Shown piece by piece: positions 37,215-51,265 of a DNA stretch of 64,000 bases. The notes beneath the pieces were generated by a model, which was given only the letters and a program-made list of their open reading frames with translations, made no database searches and had not been told where the DNA came from. Position numbers and translations under genes: made by a program. Each line of letters opens with the position of its first letter. Position 1 is the first letter of the stretch. The DNA comes from Trichoplax adhaerens (taxonomy: Eukaryota; Animalia; Placozoa): NCBI RefSeq assembly GCF_000150275.1, contig NW_002060945.1:693872-757871 (forward strand), in the 5' to 3' direction.

Positions 37215-40200
37215 ATGAGCGGTAGAGATTTTAAAGCTTTCGTTGCAAGTGCTAGATCAAGCGATGAAGGTACAATCAACACTATCGTATATTTTATTAA
37301 GAGTCAGTTTTGAATACAGGTATAGCTTAAAGCCTTTCCATATTTGACTTTTATTCTAATTTTAGATACACTAGCTAAGAAAATCCTTTTACTCGGACAA
37401 GGTAGTATGAAATATAAACCGGTTAACTATGAAAAATTGCTCCAAATAACTGAAAGAAAAAAGAATAACGCAAACAGAGAGTTACAAAAATTATCGGAAT
37501 TTAAAAAGAAAAAATTAGAGCATAAGGATAGAAATTTATTACAAAAACATCAGCGATTTTGGGTAGAGTATTATCATCACTTAGAGAAAGAAAGGAAACG
37601 CCTTCAAATCGAGGTAGAAATTGCTTGGTCTGATGTCTCAAAAAATAGGTTAGCAGTTTAAAGACCTAAATCTCTATCGTGATACCGCATTATTCTTTGG
37701 CATTAGTCTTGGAATGAATAAAGTTAAAGTTAAAATGCCTTCTTTAGTGCTTTCGCCAATTATTCTAAAGAAACTGAGGAACTTAAGACTGAATCAACAA
37801 AATCAATCAAAGAATTTAAGGATGACTATATTTCACCGATCTATCATTTAAACGCTAATGTCAAGCATTGCATTGAGAAGCTTTCAAACCAATCTGATAA
37901 TCTAAATCATTCAGGTATTTTATATTAAAATAGATTTACTATCTAAGATGAATAAAGTGACAGTAAAAATATAATCAAGAAATAATGCTGCTTAATCTGG
38001 TCCTTCATTTAAATTATTAAGATTTATTAGAGCCTTTACGTAAAGAGCTTATTAGAATAAAACTACAAGCAAAAGAAACCTCTCAAAGCTTACAACATGA
38101 ACAAGAAATGATACAATTAGAATTAAAAATGCCATCAGAATCTGCTGAAGCGCCTGATGTAAAAAGTATGAGATTTAAATCCTATTTCATAGATAAATAT
38201 TAGTATGAAACTTCTTGCTAATACTGGTATCTACGGTACGTTAGCATATGTTGTAGTTATAACCTTGATTGATTGATTTTGTAGATCAGTATTCCGATAT
38301 CGGAATACCTGAAGAAGCTATGCTTATGGAATGGCCAAATAAGAGCTTAAAAGAGGCAATTTTACAAGAATTCTTAAGCCTAGACAACCAGTACAAAGAG
38401 CGATTAAACCAATTAAAGGAACAACATCAGCAAATTTTAAAGTTCGTATCTATTAGGAAATTTTAAGATTACAGTAGTAAATTATGTGCACGATATAACG
38501 TCTAAACACTCTTGTTAATTCTCTTCGCTTACCGTCTAGATCAAGGTTAGGCGATTGGTCAGAAGAGAATCACTTGCAATTCGTAATGCTTCGAGAGCAA
38601 TATCCGACAACCATGAGAAATAGAAGAAAGTTGCTCCTAGATCGGATAAAGCGTCAGTTACCGACTATATCCGTTTTAGAATTTGTAAGAAAATTGCACT
38701 AGCTGTGCTAAATTGAACTGCAGTATAGGCGCAATAAATACTATCTTAAATTTTATTATTTCCTTGTATACGTATTATAGGATAAACATGAGCGTTGGTG
38801 GATCGAATATAACTGGTATCATGAACGGCGAACTGAACTGCTACATAGCTGGTCTCGATCGCGTAATGAATTATTAATTAAAAGCAAAGCTCTACTAGCT
38901 GATGCTTGGTCAAATAATGAAGTAATTAAAGCCAAGGAAGTGGCAATAAGACAGCAAGAACGTCTTTGTCAAGAATTACACCAAAAAGTTTGTATAACTA
39001 ATTAAACTCTCGTTTCTATAAAAATTAATCCTATTAATCTGTGATAGCATTGCTAGTGATTGCTGGTGAGAATATACCACCCAATTGATCGATCGTAAAT
39101 CAATTACTTATCTTTCGTGACATGGCTTAAGGTTACGATATGGCGTGAACAAAAATTAGAGCTGCTAAAATTAGAAGAAGAAATGGCTACGAAATTAAGG
39201 GAGAATGAAGCCGCTAAACTTGCAGCTGAAGTAGAACAAGAACAAAGAAAACGCTTAGCTGCCAAGGATAAAGTAATTTTAAGAAAATATTCGATTTTTA
39301 ACTGTACTGTATACTAATCATAACAATATTTATAGCATTGGCTTAATTTAGCCACATTGTAAATCGCAAATTAAAAACTAATTACTACATGTCTAAACTA
39401 TTCGCTATATGATATAGGTAACTGCTTATAAGAAAGATTTAGAAAAAAAACGTCGAGAGCAAGAGGAAGCTGATAAAATGAGATTAACTGAATTAAGAAA
39501 GATTTTGGCTGAACAAGCAGTAAAGGATAAAGCTAGGTAGTTAAATGATTTTGATGGTTCTACTCTTTAGGAATTAAAAATTGAGTGGTAATAGTATGTT
39601 TCGTTATCGATAAGTTTTTATTTCTATTAACTACATCATGAAAGAATTGAGTATCGTAAGGAAGAGCATCGAAAGAAAATAGAAGACAGGCGTTTAGCTA
39701 AAGAAGAGGTTATTAGGCAAGAAATTGAGAAAGAGGCAAGACTGGATAGGCTTCGACAGAAGGTACCGTATTCATTACTCTTTATTTGCAATACACACGC
39801 ATAACTCTATCTGAAGAGTAAATAGGATGAACAAGCCATTTCACGATTATGTAGATGGAGCGAATAAAATTTAAACTGTATAGTATCGCTAAAAGAATCG
39901 ATTTACGTTTATCGAATAAAAGATGGTAAAAAGTTTTCGTTTAACCAACAATCTACACGTAGGTTGAAGTCCATGTAGAAAATGATCCACTGCGCTTATT
40001 GCAGCCTACTGAGGTAATCATATAATGCAAAATTTGATTTGATTTCAGGAGCTATTGCAACTTCCTGATACACTACCATAATTCCAGATTATTAAAATGT
40101 ATTTTTGACCCTTTCAGGCCTATAATGCTAAGACAGCATATGCACAACAAGAATCCGAACTTCAAGATCCAATATTTTCAGTTTATGGCTATACGGATGA

Positions 40201-40468
40201 TAAAGTAATTTCTAGTTTTAAAATATGGATCTACTTATTTCTACTGTTTATTATTTGATAAACGAAAGAATACCATCAATAACACTATCACACTTTAATT
40301 TGCCAGATTTTATCCGATCCTCGTTATAAAGTAGAGGCAGCATTGCGAACAGCTGGTCTCCTAAAATCAGATTACGCGAGAATGGTCCTATCGACAGTAA
40401 CACCTCTACAACCGCCAAGACCAGATCAAGAAACAACTATGTTTCATCCTTCATTTAAGTCCATATAA
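37215..40468 (+). CDS. CCDC148: Coiled-coil domain-containing protein 148
   Basis: Multi-exon. MSGRDFKAF.., SMKYKPVNYEKL, LLQKHQRFWVEY, DWSEENHLQF, HERWW, VEVHVENDPLRLLQPT, C-terminal SDPRYKVEAALRTAGLLKSDYAR. Confidence 0.85.
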
Positions 40469-40555
40469 GATGTATCCATTGATGATATTCATACTGTAAT
40501 CATTGCTGTGATACCACTTCAACATCTTCTGTACATACTTGTGGAATGTTTCCCT

Positions 40556-40990
40556 AATAAAACTGTGCTTATATTTTGCATGTGTAATCAATAACGAACA
40601 GTGGAGAGATCGTACGAGATACTCAATTTAAGTAATTTAATTATACAAACATGTACATTGCCATAATCTTTATTTCACAAATTATTACTTTCCTCGTCAG
40701 TAACATAATATCGATTTCAGCAGTCACATACCCAAGTCTGTACTCTAGAAATTAGAAATCCGTTCCACGGAAAAAAGAAAAAGAAATAACTATACCGTGT
40801 AACCTTAATAAATAATAATGTCGTCTACGATACTTTATTAGTGAAGCCATCAAACACATTGTTAGGTATAGTATAACATTGTAGTTCACGGTAGGCGTTT
40901 ATGATGCGCATACTTGTTCAACATACATAGCTTTAATTAATTAAAGAATATGGCCGCAATACCAAGTATAATGTGTGCCTGGATATTTCA
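40556..40990. repeat. Degenerate blocks A (40556-40725) and B (40858-40990), repeated as B' (46189-46320) and A' (46786-46970)
   Basis: B tgttaggtatagtataacattgtagttcacggtaggcgtttatgatg versus B' tgttaggcatggtataacattatagttcgcagtagacgtttatgatg; A ...agtggagagatcgt...ttcctcgtcagtaacataatatcgatttcagcag versus A' ...agtgaagagatcgt...ttccttatcagccataacaaatttgatttcagtag. Confidence 0.75.
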
Positions 40991-41975
40991 GATCAAAACG
41001 TGGTTACTTTACATGTAGTTGTGGATATCTTTTGATACTACTAAAAGAAGGAAAGATTTCCTATATACAACTGTCATCTAGGTTAACTTTCTACAGCATG
41101 GTGTACGGTTGGAGTTGTACTGTACTGTATAGCAAAATGATCAGTAAAGCTAATTAGCTTGATTGTTTCTGCTAGTGAACGAACTCATCAAATAGAAAGT
41201 ACTGACTAGTGTTAGAAAAAAAGAGAAACGACCGTTCACTATACAACACTAGAATATGGCGGCTGACTATTTTGCTTGTCATTTTAACAGTAGTATAGTG
41301 TACATTTGTAACCGTACACTAAGCTGTTCAATACGGTGAACCAAAGTACAACAGTCAATACCGGGTTGGCTATTCTCTCTTCCGATTAAAAGTCCTAGAT
41401 GCAATGGCGTACAGTATACGAAATCTTACCCTAGAAACTAGAAAACCCTTCCTGCATAAAAATAAACAAATAAACTCCATTCAATCTGTTAAAGTTCTAC
41501 TGTTATATATAGGCTATAGAGTCATTTAGTTATTGTTATTGTAACGGGCAACTGAAAAATTACTTTCTATTCTACCTTTCACGATCAGACATTCTATTGT
41601 CTGGAAAATTAGTTTCCGATTGTACTCTATTGGCTTCCAACCCTGATCGCCTGTTGCTGAAATCTAATCAAAGTAACATGCAGAATATGCAAATGATGTT
41701 ATTGAATTACCTATATAGGCAATAGAGATAAAACCATTGTATCGGTAGTTTATATAAATTACAGTGTACACCCATAATTGAGGAAATTTCGACCGATAGC
41801 GTAAGTAAGATTTCCAAATTATTTGTCTATCTTAATAGTTTAGTATACGCTAATATATGTTATAAGTTTTCTTTAAATCATTCCTCTTCTATCACAAACA
41901 GGGCTCATTTCAAATCTAACGTACTGTCATATCGCTTACTTTATTCAAAGCGTACAGAAAAACCTTCCTATATCG

Positions 41976-44900
41976 ATGGATAAATACGATAAAGACCGAG
42001 ATTTTATGCGTGTAAGTAAAGGTAGCCTCATTCACTAAAGCAGCATAAAAATATACGTAAAGCATATACAGTACACATATCTGGTAGCCTATTCAACTAC
42101 ATTTGATAATCACTTCCGCAGTATAGGCCACAGATAACACGTTTTGATGTTGACGTTATAATTTGATATCTAGCAATAATGTACATCTATGAATTATAAC
42201 TAAAAAAGATATTAGAAATAGTCGTAACACATGTGTTCGTTAGAACTAAAAAATACACATTTATACGCGTATAGAAAATAGAGATTAAATATAATAATGA
42301 AAATATTGCAGAATAGCGAGATCTATACGCACATACACTAAAATTAAAAAATACATATTTATATGCGTATAGAAAATAGAAATTAATATATAATAATAAT
42401 GAGAATAATGATACATTATTACAGTCGTATAGGAGAAATATTTTAAATATTTGACGATATACGCCTTGATTACTTTTAGTAAAATAGGCAGCAAATCTAA
42501 TTTTTTGTGTCTTCAAGTTTGCACCTAATTAGTCAGAGTAAGCTTTGTCTAATCGCTCTACTTATTCGATTAATTAACAATGCTTTTGTTAGATGACCGA
42601 TTAAGATAGAATATACCTTACTAACGATAAATTATTCTTTGTTTAATGTAATTTTCTTTCGTCGTATTATTATTCTGTAAGTTATTGTGAACTTATAATT
42701 ACATTACGTCATCGTTTACTCTATATATGTTTGAACCGACAACTTATACTTATTCTTAATAAATCATTTGTTAATAAGTATCGATTTCACATTACGTGTA
42801 GCTACCCATTTCAAAATCGTGCTTTCTGCTTTCCATACAAAACCCTTACATGCATACATACATAAGGTTAAAAACCTGCCCAAATAAAACTTTAATTCTT
42901 GCTAAGCTTTTTCTGATTAAAGTATGCGTAATTCTTTTTAAAATACGTCCGTCTAAAAAGTGAATCAATTAAAAAGGGCTCCTAAACGACTAATATTTAC
43001 GCCTTATTTTGATTAAATTTACTAGTCGAGTACTGAATCTAAATCTACAAAGAATGATCTCGCAGGTATACAGTTATCTACACTCATTTATAATTACGAT
43101 TAATTAAGATGACTAAATACTCTTCTAATAAGTAAAATTTCTTTGTTAATCGATCAATTATTCAATTTCTTTAGAGTATTACGAAGGTTTAAAAAATTAT
43201 ATAGCTAATATTGATAGTCTACGAAGAAACGCGTATCCATTACCGGTACCTGGAAAAACTGGAGCTACTTCTATACCTAGCGTACAAGAAAAGTACCTAG
43301 CACCTGTAATCCAAAGGAATGGCGGTAAATTTTTATTGTAAACTGTAATATGTAATAAACGACTTTTTTGGCCTAAATACTAGAGTACGAGCATGAAGTG
43401 CTAGAAATCTTACGTTATGAATGATGTAATATTTTAAAATTATACACTAAACAAGATCGATTGTGCAAATGTAATCGTTGTGAGAAGACGTTCTACCTTT
43501 CAAAAGATGGCATGCAAGTTCATGAAGATCAATGCGTGTTTCATTACGGTAGAATTATTACTAAGAGAGGTAATATACGTATCTAATACCATAAATCGAA
43601 TTAGTATTTATCCTAAGATTTAAGTATTTTGGAGGTTGGAATGGTTATTTCAATGAGCGTGCATATAGCTGTTGCGGTCAACTAGTAGGAAGAACTGGTT
43701 GTACTACTTATAAGGTAGGTTATTAAGTATCCTATCGTTATTTACTGTTATTATTATTACTCTTCTGTCAATAAAAATAAGAAACTAGCGGTAATGTTGT
43801 ACAATCTGTATCGTTTAGAATCATGTGTTTCGATATTATGGAGACATGTCGTCCGGATATGTTACTACTGCTTCTTCGATAACAGCAGGAATTGGAGTTT
43901 ACGCATTAGATTGCGAAATGGTAAATGATTACAGTAAATGATCGCTGTACAAGTATGAGTTCAAACATGCTAACTCTCTCTTATTACTATCGAGGGTGCT
44001 TCTAATAACACTTTTAAGAGAAATTGCTTATATATTAAAATAATTATCTTTATTATACAGTGTTACACCTCTAATGGAATGGAACTATGTCGTATAACTT
44101 TGATAGATCATAATATCAAAATAATCTGCGATACTTTAGTAAAACCATCAGGGAGAGTTATTGATTATAATACAAGGTTAGCAGTAACTCTTTGTTTTTA
44201 AGACTACCTTCGAAGATCTTTACCTCGATTGATTATTTTATTGAAAAGTTTGTTTACGATAATTTCGAGTTGCCTTCAAATAGTTTACAGTAATTAAGAT
44301 TTTTCATATTAATACGTCCGATAGGTATATAATTTCATAACATAAAAACTTTTTACTTTAGATTTAGTGGCGTTACGGAAAGTGACATGGAAGGCATTAA
44401 CGTTACCTTACGCGACGTTCAAGCAACGCTCTTGAGCTACATTAATGGGGATACTATACTTGTAGGCCATGGACTCGAACATGACTTATTAGTGTTAAAG
44501 GTAATATCTTGTTTTTAGCTTATAATTGTATCTGTAAATGTTTATTTGACTGTGAGTAGAGTATAATTGAAAGACGACAGAATCAATAAAATAATATGTG
44601 TGTTGACCTATATTTTGAGAAAGATAGTACTACTAATTTTCCGCGTGTTACTGTAGTTAATACATGAAAAGATTGTGGACACAGCTTTGGTATTTCCTCA
44701 TCGTCGCGGTTTACCATATAAACGATCTTTGAAGAATCTTGCGCGTGATCATTTGGGACGTACTATCCAAAGTAGCGGTTAGAATTATAATAGCTCAGGA
44801 TATTATATTTTGCTATCACTTTCTGTAGCGATATACAATTAATATGTTACCTTACGATAGTAAATTTAATACGGATGAGATAAAATAATATTTATAGACA

Positions 44901-45075
44901 TTAATTTGGTATATTTCACAAATTTATCTTAGACAAAATTGGTCACGATAGTATAGAAGATGCTGCAACTTGCATTGACTTAATGAAATGGAAGATAAAA
45001 AACGATGAATGGAAGAAGCAATTGACGTTATTAAAGAACCTGTATTTTCGAAAACCTATTAATGAAATGTTGTAG
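41976..45075 (+). CDS. REXO1: REXO1/GOR-like DEDDh 3'-5' RNA exonuclease (short form; 5' end uncertain, core 43026-45075)
   Basis: Spliced peptide: [124 protein letters not shown]; stop at 45073-45075. Missed entirely by the ORF track. Confidence 0.88.
42246..42407. repeat. ~60-bp direct repeat pair (intronic)
   Basis: aaaaaatacacatttatacgcgtatagaaaatagagattaaatataataatgaaaata / aaaaaatacatatttatatgcgtatagaaaatagaaattaatatataataataatgagaata. Confidence 0.75.
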
Positions 45076-45977
45076 GAAAGAAAATTAGCTAGTAGGCTTC
45101 CATGTCGTAGCATTGTTACTGTCAACGTGATACTTTATTACCTTATATTTTACTACAACAAACTTGGTTATACTAAAGCGATAGATCTTTAATTTTTAAT
45201 ACGTTGCCTATACCGATACTATAACTCACGGTTCTTTTTAGTATTTGCCGAGATACTATAACCTACACAGCAATTAGCATTATGGCAAATTGCATACTTA
45301 GTACTTTTTCAGCTGTATGCTTACCAGTATGTCATTTTACTCAGTTAAGTTGATCTGATAAGCCTTGGTATTTTACTTACTTAAATTTAAATTTTAATCA
45401 TCGGTATTATTATCACTATAACATTCTCATAAAATACTGCTGTTTACGTATCCATAGATTAGCCGTTGTAAACAGGATTGATGGTTTATTGAGGAAATAT
45501 CCTATTTACATTACTTATCAAAAAGCGTTCATATGTGTGACATACTACAGTAACGCTAAGCATTACTGAGCATGCAGAGTACAGTAGATAATTACAGAGT
45601 ATATTTAAGACTATCAAATAATATTGCTTTTGCTGTAACACAATACTGTATAGTGTATATGTGGATTAGCTATCTGGTGATTCCTCTCTTGATCCCTCCT
45701 GTTGTTTTACGTTCGCAATAAATCTTATTCTAATCCTGAATCATTCTGCATCGTGTCTGATCGCTATTCTATGTAGTCTTAGACCTAGTATATGGCCGCG
45801 CATATTACAATATGTTCACTAAATATCGCTTTCGGTCTGCTGTCAAATATGTAACACAGCATACTCATTTTCTGTGCTATGCTATTCGCGCAGTACAGTA
45901 CATCAGAATCTTAGAATTCGCTAACTGTTAACTGAGTAATTTTCGGGTGGTTTAGATATAAACTTAGATGTGTAGTT

Positions 45978-46580
45978 CTTATTCTTATATCTTTGTTAGC
46001 TTATTACAAGATATTTTTTACTTATACTTTGTTATCGAAGATGTACTGTACAAATCTTATTATTATTACTACCATAAGGTGTTTTCTTTCCCTTTTTACT
46101 TAGTATTCTTAATCGAAGATATATAATTCTTCTTTTTGTCACTACTATAAGATGTTTTTCCCTTTACTCCGTATTCCTTATCAAAGATATTGTTAGGCAT
46201 GGTATAACATTATAGTTCGCAGTAGACGTTTATGATGTTGGTACTTGTTGGACATACGTGACTATATAGAATAAAGAATAAAACGACAACACAGAGTATT
46301 ATGTGTTCGCATATACTTTAATTTATAGAAGACGCACATATAAAGGCACGAAAGCAAACATAATAAAGGAATTCTAGCTTGGCTATCTAAATTTGAGGAT
46401 ATGATTGAGTGGGTTACGGTCTAAAAACTCTCTCTAATAAATTAGACTCATGCGCGTACATATAAACGTACTATACAAAAGCTAACACAAGAAAGGGATT
46501 CTAGCTTGGAGACTGAAGTTAGGGGCGTGTTAGAGAGTCATAGTCTAAAAGGTTCTCTCTCTGGCGAATTAGACATTGCA
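45978..46580. repeat. Cluster of degenerate tandem repeats (3 x ~70 bp at 45978-46190; 2 x ~120 bp at 46334-46575)
   Basis: Units ending ...tatcgaagat/aatcgaagat/tatcaaagat; and ...aaaggaattctagcttgg...gtctaaaaactctctc...aattagac / ...aagggattctagcttgg...gtctaaaaggttctctc...aattagac. Confidence 0.6.
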
Positions 46581-47258
46581 GATATGTAACACTTATTCAT
46601 TCAATACTAGCTGTCCAAAAGTTGTACTAGTACCTCATAGTTTTCCTAATTATAAAATCTACGGCAGAAAATTATAACTTATGACAAAAATCAATACAAT
46701 AGTATCAATTGATGACACTCACGTAGTAGTAAAGTCTGAGGTATTATTCTGAGATTTTTGTATATACTTGCGTAATATTTTCTTGATAAACTGTACTTGT
46801 ATTTATATTTTACACGCTTGTTCAATAAGAAAGAGTGAAGAGATCGTCACATGATATTTACAGAATTGCAGTATTTTATTCATACGAACACGTATTTTAC
46901 AAATAATAATAATCAATACATCATAAATTAAGCCATTCCTTATCAGCCATAACAAATTTGATTTCAGTAGTTAGTCATCATTCGTAACAGATTACTTTAT
47001 GTCAAAAGTATATTCCCGAGATATTAAAACAGCTTATTTGCTGTTGGATATTTACAATTAACTCAAATCTCTTCAAATATTATATACACATTCAGATTAG
47101 CTGAAGCGGTTTGGAAACATTGTATCCAATTTGTGTTTAGTTCACGGGTTAGCCAACACCCTTGTGGTTACAAATTAACCGCGGTATCAAGGTGGGATTA
47201 CTTAACAGGCAGCTATGTTTTAGTAGCCGCAGAAATTATGCCAAAGTAAAGGCACGCA

Positions 47259-49524
47259 TTACTTCTCATTATTAAACAATCCAGGAAACCAGTAAAGATC
47301 TTCACTTGCATTTTGCGAGTCAATCCAAACCATGCCTTCCTTGATAAGCTGTTCCTATTAGAAGATAGAAAAAATTGCAATGTTAAGTCAATAGCGATAT
47401 TCTAGTTCTTAATAAATTACGATAAATGGACGGCATTTTTTTAAAACGTATGCGTACCAGGCTTCTTCGCGCTCTATCAGTTGGCCATTGAAATTCATCG
47501 CAAAGAGTTTTAATACTAGCATAACCAGTATCCTGCAGGGTTGGCAAATTATAAATTATAATTACAATTACTTTGATTGACAGGTTCTACGGTACGCATG
47601 TAATAATAATTTTTCACATTTTTATATGAGCGTACACCTATAACATACCATAGCTGATTGTAAAACTGCGGTATTATCCATGCTAAGCTCAACTGGAACA
47701 GATTGTACCAAGCGTTGACTACCAACTGCAATGACTTTGAAACCGTTACCTAGTGTACTTAATTTTTTAATCGCTCGGGAAAGGTCATCGCTACATCGAA
47801 TAACGGAAGACTGCACGTTATATATTTGTGTAACTCTATAGTACATATATCGAAAGTAAAATGAAGCTATCATACACAGTAACATCTTCTCGAGTTTTGC
47901 CGTGTGCTTTTGTTAATCGAACTCTTAACTCCTCCAGGGGTATTATGCCTGAGCAAAAATATTTATATTACTGTATTGTGATCATATTAGTGAAATAATA
48001 TCGGAGACTGCTTTACAACTATAACCTCCATTTCTCGGTCTAGTAGCCATACAAACTTCGATAACTTGAACTCCAAGCTGGTAAATAGATCAATTCATAC
48101 TATTTGTTATACAACAATAAGAGAAGCAGATTCTAGTAATAATAGTTTGGCTTACCTCGTAATAAAAATCTCCAACATTAAGGAGCTCAGCCCAGAATCC
48201 TTTACTAGCTGTTGTGTAGATGGAGAAAAAGGAAATAGACAAGCAAGAAATGAGATAGGATTCCCACCTAAAGTACTGTAGATCTCAGAAGAACGCCATT
48301 ATGCAGCTACATTTTTATCATTGTTAAACAATAAGAGAGGTTATCATAGTAGGTTTGTGGTCACTAGCGACTAGAACGGTACTGGTTACTATTAGCTTGC
48401 TTACATGCTAAAGGATCTACACCAATACGGGCACACATTTGTTGAAAGTGGTTACGAAATTGAGGATTTTTTCGGATTTCATTTCGATGTTTGGCCGCAA
48501 AATCGCTCAATTTTGTACGAAATTCTTCTAATTGTTGGGACATCTAAACCCATTTGGATACGCCGGTGTGATATGCAAATTTATAGTTAGTACGACTAAT
48601 TCTAGTTATCATAGATTGTTACTTATTCGTATAATAAGGCAAAACGGACAATCATTGGTGATTACATCACTTTGAAGAAGTGTAAGCGTAGTGAATCAGT
48701 GTCTCATCTGTAATACTTAATGAACGTAATCACTAGCAGTAAGTAGCTCCATCTTTGTCGCTAAAGTCATTCATTTTTGAATCAGTTGACTCTTATCCGC
48801 AGTATGAAATGAAACGAAAATGGTAAGTATTACTGCTACAGTATGTACATTGTATATTGTACAGCTTGTGGATAAAGTCCATTTTTATAGCAGAGGCATA
48901 ATCCAGGAAAGAAATGTTTACTTGAATCGAATTTAAACTAAGAATACTAAAATGTTACTGAATATTTTAACGAATATGCATTATTGACGTTTCCTTTATA
49001 CCACATTATTATTAATTTGAGGTACTTCTGGTCATCTAAACAGGTCCATGTCGATGGCATCATCGTACTGTATACTGTGCACTGTACAGTAGAGTGATTT
49101 ATGTCTTTCATAACAGAACTGAGCGACCAGCTTATGCTAGGATATCTACTGAAGATCCATTTCAAATTACAATTTATGACTAGTTGTTATTATCGTTATA
49201 AATATATCATAACTTTGATAATAATACTACATGTAATCGTGCAGTTCTACACAGTCAAGGAGCGGAGGAAATGTACCTGAGATACTTGAGTTTCTGCAAT
49301 TTCTGTACCTTTCTCAGCAAATTTGGCCTACAATAATTATCAATAATAAATTACATCCATTAAGATAGTATCATGTCTAAGCTATCTTTGAAGAGTGATT
49401 AAAGCGATAGCTAATTTACAATTGGTGGATCGACATTCATTTCGTCAATGCTCATCCATTCAGGTACCTTTGCTAGTTTACTCTTATTAATCGCTGCTAC
49501 TCCACCAACCCCTCGTCGTCTCAT
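47259..49524 (-). CDS. SNF8: ESCRT-II subunit VPS22/EAP30
   Basis: Spliced peptide [127 protein letters not shown]. Confidence 0.97.
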
Positions 49525-50749
49525 TTTTCCCTTTTAATACAATATACCTTTTGACAATAACAACGTTAAGTGAAGGATAGCCAACCTTGGGATATTGCAA
49601 CCTTTGTTTCAACTGAATAGCCGCAGTATAGTAGACGGAATAGTTAAGGACAGTAAACTTGTTTTATTATAGCCTGAAATCTAAAGGTTGTACTCCCTCA
49701 ATTTCCTATGCTCAATACAATCCAATGATCGTTATTGGAAGTATAAGAAATATTTCTTGCCTATCTTGGTGGATATTGATCAGTCTTCGCTGCCCTGTAT
49801 CCAAGTGACCGTGTGGCTGTAGAATATCGTACTGTACCGTACCGGTTAGTGGCAGGGACTACTAAAAGAGAAAGAGTATTTACTGTCGTAGTCCTTGGCT
49901 ACTCGATACAGTACTATGCTTTAGAAGCAATAGTACCAGTATAGCGTCTACTATCTAGCAGTCCATGACTGTACCAGCAATCCCTTATAACTGTACTGGC
50001 GATCTCATGTCAGTAAATAGGTATCGTAAAATGCGATGGCCAACTATTTCAGTGGTCATTTCAGCTATATTGCATGTCTGCAATGACGTGCTAGGTTAGT
50101 TTTGAATCGTTGCCTACAGTAAAATGGCCAGGAAAATGTTATGCCTCTTGAGTGGCCACTTCTCATTCTTCTGTCTTACAGCAGTGCTTTGGCTGTCCGA
50201 GTACAAGCAGTGTCAGATCAGGGACTTTGAAGAAGAGAATTTCTTTTTAAAAAGTACCTGATTAGGACTACTAAATGGAGAGAAGGCCAGGAAATGATCG
50301 TTTAAAGAGACAAAAAATGCTCCAAAAAGGTGCTGGCCGACTCTTCCTGGTCGTTTCCACTGTACTGCAACTTGCAAGCATACAATATACTATACAGTAC
50401 TACAGTAGTTAGGCCCCAATGCAGTACAGTACTGTACACTGCTACTGACTGTACTACCATCGACGACGTTTTATCCCAATGAACTGCTAGAAAGAAAGAA
50501 CACCCAAAATAATAAGCCCCTCGCATTGACAGTACAGTATTCTGCACTAAACGGTTACTTCTCATCTCTCTTCTAGTAGTTGGCATAGAAGTACCAGTTA
50601 CCTCTATGGTAGTTTCTGCCTGAGTGCAGGCTGTATCAAGACATGGACTTGTAAAATAAGAGGATTTCTTTTCCAACCAAGGTGTAAAAAATAGGTTTTT
50701 TTATTTTTTGACCTCGATGGGCTGACCACTGTCACCAGTGACCATACAG

Positions 50750-51220
50750 GTCTACACGATACAGTATGTACTGTATATCATACTGTAATGAGCCACCAAG
50801 TCACCAAGATGATTTTTATAGTGTGCACTGTGCAGTACACTATCAATGAAACCTCTACTGTACTGTACAGTGTACAGTACTGTACAGTAGAGGTAAAAAA
50901 ACTACAGTATTGAGTACTGTACAGTACTGTAGGGAAATACTGTACAGTACAGTACTTTATTGTACAGTACTTTACAGTGTACTGTACAGTATTTGAGGCT
51001 ACTATACTGTACTGTACTATACTGTATCATGTACTGTACATGTACAGACAGACAGTACAGTACAGTACGGTACAGTAACAGTACTGTATAACTTCAATCG
51101 TCGTCGATTTTGGAGGGGACACCTTCAGTACTGTACAGTACAGTACCGTCACCGCACCGTACAGTGTACAGTGTACAGTACTCTCACATGCACTGTACTG
51201 TACAGTACTGTACAATACAG
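50750..51220. repeat. Low-complexity TACTG/CAGTA pentamer-palindrome field in the SNF8-SARNP divergent intergenic region
   Basis: Dozens of tactg, cagta and tactgtacagta units in both orientations. Confidence 0.9.
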
Positions 51221-51265
51221 CGAAGCCCAACGACGTGGTCTAGGTGCAACGCCACACGTGAGATA

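Noticed and set aside
42187-42516. 109-aa and 69-aa hydrophobic ORFs
   Set aside because: Antisense translation of an AT-rich duplicated intronic sequence.
50124-50676. Small ORFs in the SNF8-SARNP intergenic region (MARKMLCLL.. 45 aa; 124-aa minus ORF)
   Set aside because: No homology recognised; partly made of pentamer repeats.
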